Shown here in pieces: positions 8,804 to 16,441 of a stretch of DNA of 64,000 bases. The first letter of the stretch is position 1. Each line of letters begins with the position of its first letter. Under the pieces are notes generated by a model. That model was not told where the DNA came from and searched no databases. It worked only from the letters and a program-made list of their open reading frames with translations. Made by a program: the position numbers and the translations under genes. Source of the DNA: Rhodospirillum sp. (GTDB taxonomy: Bacteria; Pseudomonadota; Alphaproteobacteria; Rhodospirillales; Rhodospirillaceae); the NCBI GenBank assembly GCA_021741145.1, contig JAIOYK010000002.1, forward strand, positions 100,170-164,169, read 5' to 3'.

Positions 8804-9167
8804 CGCGAAAGGGTGATCGCCCAATCCGCCCGAACAGTACGTTTTTGCCTTGCCTGGGTTCAGCCCGCGTACCGCTTCGGAAAGTGATCCTGTACGACCG
8901 CTCGAAATGGGTGAACCGGAGAGGATGGTCCGGTTCGTGGTCGCGGGACGCGCTTTCCGTCGATCAACCGTTCTCCCCATATCCAGGATGGTAGACGCCA
9001 TCCTCGGTACCTTGGCGGACGGTGTTCGGAATGCTGTTGTCGTGTTCCCTCGTATCCGAATGCATGCGCCTTCTATGGACAACCGGTCGGTAAAGGTCAA
9101 GCGGGGATTCCCCATGGAAGAAGTGTTTTATCCCATGGTCACATCGCGCGAGAATGTCGATGTCCCC

Positions 9168-10157
9168 TCATCCCCCGTATAGGGCGAAGCGAAACCGTCG
9201 TCCCCAAAGGAGTTTTCCGAGCCCGCCGTGGAGGTTGGCCAGGTGTCCCGCGGCCCGATGTCCCCCCAGGGGGAGGGTCAGCAGCCAACCCAAGCCATGA
9301 ACCGCGACCTGGGCGGCTCCCACGGCCATCCACTTGAGAACTTCTCCTCCGTTGTGCCGCCCCAGGCGGGTACAGGCCAAGACCCGGATCTGGCCATCCC
9401 GAAAGCGGCGCTTGCGCAGGTAGGCGAGCGTGCAACGGTCCGCGGGGACGGACTCGGACACCAGGGCGTCCGCCGCCCAGGCCAGGCGCGCGCCCTGTGT
9501 CACCAGTCGACGCAACAGCACGCTGTCCTCGCCCCCCACCTTGCCCAGGTCGACGTCGAAAGGGAGGGAGGGGAGGGGGGCGGTTTCCCGGTCGAACAGG
9601 CTGTTCTGGGTTCCCATCGAAGCCACCAATGGGGTGATGTCCTCGCCGGTCTCGAGGCCCAGGACCCGGGAGAAATAGGCCATGAAGAGAGGCCGGAGCG
9701 GGTCGTCCTCGGCGCAGTGGAGGTTGGGGGTGACCGGTCCGAAGACCGCTCCGGCGCGACTGTCTCGCGCGGTCTTCCACAGGGCGGCGAGCCAGCCATG
9801 GATCGGGCATTGGTCATCGTCCAGGAACACCAGATAGCGCCCCCGGGCCATGGCCACCGCGGTATTGCGGGCATGGCTGATGCCTGGACGGGGCTCATGG
9901 AAGGCGTGGAGGATTGGCCCGGTCCACCCCTCCTTGACGGCGTCCAGGACGGGTCGGGCGGAGGCGTCCGGATCGTTGTCCACGACCAGGATTTCCACAT
10001 GGGTGAAATCCACATCCCTCTGTTCGGCGCAGGCCCGCAAGGCGCGGCGCAACAAGTCCGGGCGTTTGTAAGTGGGGATGAGGATGCTAACCTCGATCTC
10101 CGTGGGCGGAATCGCTCGAGGCGGAACGACCTTGGGTCCGTCGATGTGCGGTGTCAT
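9168..10157 (-). CDS. family 2 glycosyltransferase (GT-A fold)
   Basis: VSILIPTYKRPDLL, ILVVDNDPD, the FLDDDQ (DxD) motif, GGEDSVLL, and a hydrophobic C-terminal segment. The start is set to the ATG at 10157, which overlaps the upstream TGA (ATGA). Confidence 0.85.
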   Translation of the reverse strand: MTPHIDGPKVVPPRAIPPTEIEVSILIPTYKRPDLLRRALRACAEQRDVDFTHVEILVVDNDPDASARPVLDAVKEGWTGPILHAFHEPRPGISHARNTAVAMARGRYLVFLDDDQCPIHGWLAALWKTARDSRAGAVFGPVTPNLHCAEDDPLRPLFMAYFSRVLGLETGEDITPLVASMGTQNSLFDRETAPLPSLPFDVDLGKVGGEDSVLLRRLVTQGARLAWAADALVSESVPADRCTLAYLRKRRFRDGQIRVLACTRLGRHNGGEVLKWMAVGAAQVAVHGLGWLLTLPLGGHRAAGHLANLHGGLGKLLWGRRFRFALYGG

Positions 10158-11557
10158 TGGGGCGTGGAGTCCTCGCCAAGAATGCTGAACCATGTCTTCG
10201 CGACCTCCATGGCCGGTTTGCCCGCCACGTCGAAGTCATCGACATTCGGAATTTGGTCAACGCCCTTGTAAGGTTCCGGATCCCAGTCCCAAAAGAATAT
10301 TCCCTCCAGCCAGTCGGCCCGCACTTCGGTCATGGCGGTGAAGACGGCCTCGTAAAGCAGGGCCTGTTCGGCCAGATCGACGGTCACCTCCCGGGCGCTG
10401 TCCCCCAGGCCGGTGCCTCCCCCATCGATGGAGCGGTAGCCGATTTCCGTGAACAGGATTTTCTTGTCCTCATGGATCGACAAGCGGCGCATGGCCTCGG
10501 TGATGGGGAGGCCGCTCCAGACCTCGGCGGTGACGCTGTTGGTGGGATCCCGGTTCCATCCCGCTACCGCTTCCGCCAGAGTCGGGTCGTTGCCCTTGGT
10601 GATGGGGGCGTACATGTCCACGCCGATGTAGTCCAGGGCGTCCCAGAAGGGCACCTGCAATTCCTCTCCCCAGTTGGCCGAATAGGTCAGCTTGCCCGGG
10701 TAAACGGCCCGCACGGCGGCGATCACCTTCAACCAGCGGTCCCGGTTGGCGGGCCGGGTCAAACCCACCAACTCTCCGGTCAGGGACATCAACTCCACCC
10801 CTTCCTCCGCGGCCATGGTTGCGTAGTGGACCATCACCGTTTCGAAATCGGCGAAGAAGGTATCCAGTTCATCGGGTACAATGAGCTGGTGGGGGCCGAA
10901 ATCCTCCAGATGGACTTGGGGCTTGAGCATCACGATCAGACCGAGGTCCTTGGCCTTTCGGATCATCGTACGGACATTTTCGTCCGTTTCCGTCTGCTGG
11001 TTCCGGAAGATGCGGGAGGCGTGGATGTCCTTGATGTATTGGGTGGGCACTATGGCCACGGCGTTGGCATTGCTTTCGGCCAATTCCGTCAAGGCGGTGA
11101 TCGCCTTGTCTGAGCCGAAGATCCCCTTCCACCAGGATCCCATATTGAACCCCATGTATCGGGGCGCGAAAGGGCCGGGGGGGTTGGTCGTGCCAGGAAT
11201 GGGGGCGAGGCGGGCCAGATCCTTCTCGATGGTTTGGTGGGCCTCGTCCTTGTTGACCACCATGCCCCAGGTGATCTGGCCCCGGGCCGGAATGATCCCG
11301 GTCCCGGCCTCGGGCTGGACGCGAAGGGACCCGGGACGCGCGCCCTCGCTCACCATGGCGCCCCAGCTTCTCGAAACGGTCCATCCCTTGGGTAGGTAGA
11401 GGGTCAAGGACCAATTCGCGGCGCCGTCCTTGCCCGGCGCCGTGACGGTCACCTCGCCCCAATACCCATTGCCCCATTGCTCCTTCATCTCGAATTCGGC
11501 GAGGACTTGGGGGTTGGGTCCAAAGAGCGGAAGGGCGTCGAGGAGGGCCGCGTCCAT
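10154..11557 (-). CDS. putative glycanase: CBM2-like beta-sandwich plus TIM-barrel clan GH-A-like hydrolase
   Basis: The N-terminal WGNGYWGEVTVT...ANWSLTLYLPKGW...ITWGMVV is a carbohydrate-binding-module-like Trp pattern. The C-terminal part has NAVAIVP, VMLKPQVH and ILFTEIGYRS (candidate nucleophile Glu). The start is set at MDAALL (11557). No signal peptide is visible. Confidence 0.6.
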   Translation of the reverse strand: MDAALLDALPLFGPNPQVLAEFEMKEQWGNGYWGEVTVTAPGKDGAANWSLTLYLPKGWTVSRSWGAMVSEGARPGSLRVQPEAGTGIIPARGQITWGMVVNKDEAHQTIEKDLARLAPIPGTTNPPGPFAPRYMGFNMGSWWKGIFGSDKAITALTELAESNANAVAIVPTQYIKDIHASRIFRNQQTETDENVRTMIRKAKDLGLIVMLKPQVHLEDFGPHQLIVPDELDTFFADFETVMVHYATMAAEEGVELMSLTGELVGLTRPANRDRWLKVIAAVRAVYPGKLTYSANWGEELQVPFWDALDYIGVDMYAPITKGNDPTLAEAVAGWNRDPTNSVTAEVWSGLPITEAMRRLSIHEDKKILFTEIGYRSIDGGGTGLGDSAREVTVDLAEQALLYEAVFTAMTEVRADWLEGIFFWDWDPEPYKGVDQIPNVDDFDVAGKPAMEVAKTWFSILGEDSTPQ

Positions 11558-11725
11558 CGGTGTCGTTTCCCTAGAGTAATCCGAGATCACGTTGGACCGC
11601 GTCGTGCTAAAAGGACGCCTTTGGCGTGACGCGGACCAACTTGGCCTCGACGATACTCCAAAGTCTATATTAACGAGAGTGAAACTGGGCCAGCATGACC
11701 CAAGCTGATCAAGTTTCACTCTTGT

Positions 11726-13837
11726 TCAGGTGCTGTCGCCCGCGCGGTTGAGCACCGCGCCCACCAGCCTGGAGCGCAGGCCACGCAGGACGCGCAGGGA
11801 TCCGGTGACCTGGGCCTGGCGGGTCCGGCCCGTGTCGAGCACCATCAGGATCTTGTCGCTGATCCCCGCCCAGGCGGTGGCGTCGGCGCTTTCCAAAAGA
11901 CCCGGGCTGTCGATCAACACGGCGTCGTATTTCTCGCGCAGGGCCTGAGCTAGTCCGCGCATCTGCAGGTCATGTAGGCGCATGGTCGCCCCCTGCATGG
12001 GACCCATGGGCAAGAGGTGAAGGGGCGAGGTGGGATCTTTCTGGATCGCCCGCTCCAAATCGGCGCCATCACGGACCATGTCCACCAGTCCGAAGTCATT
12101 GGCGCACCCCGTGGCCCGGTGCAGGGTGGGCGTCGTCCTGTCACCGTCGACCACGAGTGTCCGCAATCCGGCTTCCAGGGCCAGCGCGCGACCGATGGAG
12201 ACGGCCATGGTGGTCTTGCCCTCGCCGCTGTCCGGCGCGGTCACCAGGATGATCCCTGGCTTTTCCGAACTGTCCGGCGGCGCGAGGGAAAGGTGCAGGG
12301 CGCGGATGGAGTCGCTGAAGGGAGAGGTCGGCTTGTCGACGATATACAGCTGGGGAGGCAGGGCGGCCACTTGTTCCGCGGACAGGCGCGGTGTCAGGGT
12401 CAAGACCGGCGCGCGGAGCCAGGCCTCCGCCTGTTCCAGGGTCATCAGGCGGGTATCGGTCTGCTCCATCCACAGCACCAGGAGGAGGGCGACGAACAGC
12501 GCCGCCATGCCTCCTCCGGCGACGATCATTTTGCGCTTGGGCGCGGCCCGGACTTCCGGGGGGATGGCCGATGAGACCACCCTGCCGTCGGCCCGTTCCG
12601 TCCCCCGGACCTCCTGAACCTGGGCCAGCCGGTTCAGGAAATCCTCCAGGATGCGCCGCGCGGAATCCGCGTCCCGTTCCATGGCCCGCAGGTCCACCTG
12701 GGCGTCGCTTAGCTGTCTTTCCTCGCCCTTTAGGGTGGCCAAGGCGGCCTCCAGAGAGGAAACCCGCGCCTGGAGACTTTCCACGGAGAGCCGCAATTCG
12801 GCGCGGATGGAGCGGGTTTCGTTCCGCATCTGCTCCGTCAGGGCGCGGACCACGTCCTGGGCCGCCGTGATGGCCCGGTGGCCGGGTTGGTATCGGGCCA
12901 TGGCCGCGGCCAGATTGGCCATGGCCATGGCTTTCTGCTGACGCAGGGCGCCCATGATTTCCGTGTTGGCCGCGGCGGTGGGGATGTCGGCGTCGGCGCT
13001 GGAAAGAACCCGCTCGATTTCCGTGAACTGCGCCTTGATGGAGGCGAGGTCGGCCCGGGCCTCCGTCAGGCTTTGGTTCAGGGTGGCGATCTGGTCGCTG
13101 ACCGCTTGCAGACCGGCCCCTTCCACCAATCCTGCGCTGCTTCGGAAGGCAGCCACCTTCTCCTCCCGGGCCGTGACGTTCTTGCGCAATTCAGTGATGC
13201 GCTCCGACAGGGCCGCGATCAGGGTTTCGTTTTCCTGGATCTTTTCGTCCACCTGTCGTTCCAGGTAGGCATGGACCGCGGCATTGGCGATATCCGCGGC
13301 CTCTTGTGGGGTGGAGGCGGTGGCCGATACATCGATGATCTTGGACCGGCCAACGGGGGAGACAAAAAGGCCGCCCCGCAGATTTTCCGTCACCCGGGTC
13401 ATCATGGTTTCCCGCGTGGCGACACCGGTGGCCTTGGGGTCGGGCTTCCAGCCGAGTTCCGGGTTTAGTTTGGGGTCGTAGAGCAGTCCCATGTTTTCGA
13501 TAACCCGCTCGGTCACGGCACGGGAGCGGATGATCTGGGTTTCGCTTTCGAGAAGAATATCATTGCCGAAGGGGTTGCTGTCGCCGCCTCCCTGGTCCAG
13601 CAGGGTTCGCCCTTCGTCGCGGACCAGGACCGAGGCGATGGCGATGTATTTTGATGGCAGGGTCAAGGAATAGGCGGCGGAAGCGAGCACGCCCACCGTG
13701 ACGACGGCCAGGATGAGCCAGCGGTTACGGATCAGGGCCTGTAGGGCGGCCTTGATGTCGGTCATCAGATCGTGGCCGCCCGGACCCCCATGGGGGCCGT
13801 CCCCCATCGGGCCATAGCCCAGTTGGGTCGTGGACAT
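11726..13837 (-). CDS. polysaccharide co-polymerase with C-terminal BY-kinase-type P-loop ATPase (Wzc/GumC/ExoP-like, PCP-2a)
   Basis: TM helix WLILAVVTVGVLASAAYSL, a long coiled-coil periplasmic region and a second TM helix. The ATPase has Walker A VTAPDSGEGKTT, Walker A-prime LVVDGD and Walker B VLIDSPG. Only the C-terminal ~703 aa of the 1174-aa track ORF is used. The start is ambiguous among 13837, 13807 and 13765. Confidence 0.85.
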   Translation of the reverse strand: MSTTQLGYGPMGDGPHGGPGGHDLMTDIKAALQALIRNRWLILAVVTVGVLASAAYSLTLPSKYIAIASVLVRDEGRTLLDQGGGDSNPFGNDILLESETQIIRSRAVTERVIENMGLLYDPKLNPELGWKPDPKATGVATRETMMTRVTENLRGGLFVSPVGRSKIIDVSATASTPQEAADIANAAVHAYLERQVDEKIQENETLIAALSERITELRKNVTAREEKVAAFRSSAGLVEGAGLQAVSDQIATLNQSLTEARADLASIKAQFTEIERVLSSADADIPTAAANTEIMGALRQQKAMAMANLAAAMARYQPGHRAITAAQDVVRALTEQMRNETRSIRAELRLSVESLQARVSSLEAALATLKGEERQLSDAQVDLRAMERDADSARRILEDFLNRLAQVQEVRGTERADGRVVSSAIPPEVRAAPKRKMIVAGGGMAALFVALLLVLWMEQTDTRLMTLEQAEAWLRAPVLTLTPRLSAEQVAALPPQLYIVDKPTSPFSDSIRALHLSLAPPDSSEKPGIILVTAPDSGEGKTTMAVSIGRALALEAGLRTLVVDGDRTTPTLHRATGCANDFGLVDMVRDGADLERAIQKDPTSPLHLLPMGPMQGATMRLHDLQMRGLAQALREKYDAVLIDSPGLLESADATAWAGISDKILMVLDTGRTRQAQVTGSLRVLRGLRSRLVGAVLNRAGDST

Positions 13838-14203
13838 GGCCGAGGATTGGGATATGGCGGGTAAGGGAGAGATCACGACCGCGCGCTCCACGGCAAGTCG
13901 GTGGAACAACTGGTCTTGGGAGTCCAGATGGGGCGGCGATCGGCACGGTGCGTCGTCATGGATCCCGTTATTTCCCTGGAATTCTTTGGTACGCTTCCGA
14001 CATCTTAGCGTATGACGTCGCGGCATGCACGGCCAAGGATGGCTTTTCACCTTGCCATCCAATTGAGATAGCATGATTCTGTCGCCGGACAAATGGATCG
14101 ATACTCCCTTCCCCGTGGCCAAGGTGGCCCCTTCGTCAAGGCCTGGAGAGGGGGTGAATGTCAACGCTGACCCGGGGTTCCACCCCGCGGGAGTCTCCTG
14201 ACC

Positions 14204-15463
14204 ATGAACGCACCAGCGCGGGGATCGGATGATGGGCTGGAAGAGACCGGCGGGGCCAAAGGGCAGGCCTCGGCCAATGGGTCTCCCTCCAGAGGGGGCA
14301 TAACCGAGGATCGGATCCCCTACGCGCCGGAACACCCCACCGGGGACGGGGCCAAGGGGTCCGGCGCGGGCGCGCAACGGCGGCACGAACGGGTCACCGC
14401 CCCCCTGGATATCATTTTCCAGCGGAAGATCTATAAGGCCAAGGACTGGTCCATGACCGGTTTCGCCCTCGAGCCGGATGCGTTCGACCTGCCCGTGGGC
14501 CAGCGCTTCCGGTTCCACGCCCGTTTCCACCTGCGGGGCGCCCAGATGGCCGCCGAATTCCAGGCGGAAGTCGCCCGCCGTACCAGCGAGCGGACGGGAT
14601 GCCGGTTCGTTGAGACGACCCCCGACCAGATCCAGGTTCTGCGCATGCTGCTCGCCGCCTATCGATCGGGTCGGGTGCCCGCGTGGGAAGCCATGATGGC
14701 CATGGACGAGGACGGTCCTCTGAGGGGGGCCCCCCGCCGGGCCGTGACCCCCACGGGCGAGGATCGGTTCGAGGACGCCGACGCGGGCGAGCAGCGCGCC
14801 GGAGGGCGCCTGTCCTGGCGTCCCTCTGTTCGAATGATCTATGGAATCCTTGCCATCGTGGCGTTGGTGGCGGTCACCCTGGTCGGAATCACCCGCCTGT
14901 CCCATGACCTGGAAAGCGCCTTCGCCGCGGTGTCCCTGCCCGGGGGGCAAACCCTGGCCGCGGATCGGGAGGGCATCGTCGCCGAGGTTCTGGCCGCGCC
15001 CGGTGATCTCGTCGGCGCGCGGACCCTGGTCTTGCGGCTGACACCCACGGGCGCGGAAGCGAGTGACCCGGTACCGGTTCTGAGCCCCTGTGCCTGTTCG
15101 GTGCTTTCCCTGGCCGTTTCCCCCGGGGATAGGGTGGCGCTGGGGGATCCCCTGATGTCCCTGGGGCCGATCAATGGCGCCAAGGACGGCCTTTTCGTCG
15201 AAGCCCTGTTCCCCATGGAGGATCTGGAGGACCTGCCGTCTGGAACCCAATTGGAGGTACGGTTGGCTGGGACGAACCGTCTGGTCCCTGGTCGGGTGGT
15301 CACGCTCGAGGCGTCCCTCTCGGCCCTGCCCGCCGTCCTGGTGGAGCGGGGAGGGTTGGGGGTCGTGCAGGTGCGCCTAGACCAGGCGCCGGAGGGTTTA
15401 TACAACGGCCAGCCGGCCCGGGTCCGACTGCGCCGGTCGCCCCTGGTGCTCTTGGGGCTGTGA
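14204..15463 (+). CDS. Alg44-like protein: PilZ (c-di-GMP-binding) domain, one TM helix, periplasmic HlyD/membrane-fusion-like domain
   Basis: RRHER (aa 59-63) and DWSMTG (aa 81-86) fit the PilZ RxxxR...DxSxxG signature. The TM helix is MIYGILAIVALVAVTLVGITRL. Lipoyl-like halves GIVAEVLAAPGDLV and CSVLSLAVSPGDRVALGDPL are followed by a beta-barrel-like tail. Confidence 0.8.
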   Translation: MNAPARGSDDGLEETGGAKGQASANGSPSRGGITEDRIPYAPEHPTGDGAKGSGAGAQRRHERVTAPLDIIFQRKIYKAKDWSMTGFALEPDAFDLPVGQRFRFHARFHLRGAQMAAEFQAEVARRTSERTGCRFVETTPDQIQVLRMLLAAYRSGRVPAWEAMMAMDEDGPLRGAPRRAVTPTGEDRFEDADAGEQRAGGRLSWRPSVRMIYGILAIVALVAVTLVGITRLSHDLESAFAAVSLPGGQTLAADREGIVAEVLAAPGDLVGARTLVLRLTPTGAEASDPVPVLSPCACSVLSLAVSPGDRVALGDPLMSLGPINGAKDGLFVEALFPMEDLEDLPSGTQLEVRLAGTNRLVPGRVVTLEASLSALPAVLVERGGLGVVQVRLDQAPEGLYNGQPARVRLRRSPLVLLGL

Positions 15464-15582
15464 CCGTTTGGTCTTCGCGGCATCGTTCGCGAAATCGGTA
15501 TCCGCGGCCACGAGCGATGCTCCATCGCGTCCGAAGCCACACCGGGGAAAGGGAAGGGAATTTGGAAGCAGGATCCAGCGGC

Positions 15583-16362
15583 ATGGTGTCGGAGGTGGGA
15601 GAGCCAGGGGCGGGAGAACAGCAACGGCGGCGCTTCCTAGGTTTGGATTTTAATCCCTTGACACTGGACGAGGCCTTGGAGGTTTGCGTGGCCCGGGCGG
15701 GGGCCAAGGCGCCTTTCGTCTATGTGGTGACGCCCAACGCCGACCATGTCCAGCGCCTCCATCGTTCGGGGGAGGCCATTTGGGCCCTCTATCGGGGGGC
15801 ATGGCTTTGTCTGAATGACAGCAAGATCATTGGGCTACTGGCCCGCTTGCGGGGCTTAACCTTGCCCGCCGTGCCCGGATCCGATTTGACCGAGCAGTTG
15901 TTCATGCGCGGCCATGTGAAACCCGATGATCCGGTCACCCTGATTGGCGGGACGAAGGCCATCGCCGAAACCCTGCGGAGCCGCTTCGGCCTGACCCGCC
16001 TGACCCATCATGACCCGCCCATGGGCTTTATCAAGGATCCGGCGGAGGTGGAGACATGCGTGCGGTTGATCCTGGAGACCCCCGCCGCCTTCGTCTTCCT
16101 GGCCGTGGGTTCGCCCCGTCAGGAAATCGTGGCCGATGCCGTCACGCGGACCGGACAGGGAGAGGGTGTCGGGTTTTGCATTGGAGCCAGTTTTGAGTTC
16201 CTCACCGGGATAAAGGCCCGGGCACCCAAGTGGATGCGGGTGATGAGTTTGGAGTGGTTTCACCGTCTGCTCAGCGAACCTCGGCGCATGTGGCGACGCT
16301 ATCTGTTAGATTCACCGAGAATTTTTCTGGTTTTCCTGAAGACGGAAATCCTCGGGAAGTAG
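15583..16362 (+). CDS. WecG/TagA/CpsF-family glycosyltransferase (GT26)
   Basis: YVVTPNADHV, VPGSDL, FVFLAVGSPRQE, CIGASFEFLTGIKARAPKWM and LEWFHRLLSEPRRMWRRYL are the typical GT26 blocks. The start is set at the ATG at 15583. Confidence 0.85.
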   Translation: MVSEVGEPGAGEQQRRRFLGLDFNPLTLDEALEVCVARAGAKAPFVYVVTPNADHVQRLHRSGEAIWALYRGAWLCLNDSKIIGLLARLRGLTLPAVPGSDLTEQLFMRGHVKPDDPVTLIGGTKAIAETLRSRFGLTRLTHHDPPMGFIKDPAEVETCVRLILETPAAFVFLAVGSPRQEIVADAVTRTGQGEGVGFCIGASFEFLTGIKARAPKWMRVMSLEWFHRLLSEPRRMWRRYLLDSPRIFLVFLKTEILGK

Positions 16363-16441
16363 GGCGCCATTTCCGTATCGAGGCTGAGTGCGGGATGCCC
16401 ACGTCGGCCTTAGCTTTGATGGAGACATCCGTGGCGCGGCG

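Noticed and set aside
11726-15250. 1174-aa ORF, the longest in the track.
   Set aside because: Only the C-terminal ~703 aa (from 13837) is protein-like (the Wzc-type protein). The N-terminal ~470 aa is Gly/Arg/Pro-rich nonsense lying antisense to the well-supported PilZ-MFP gene (14204-15463), a typical high-GC read-through artefact.
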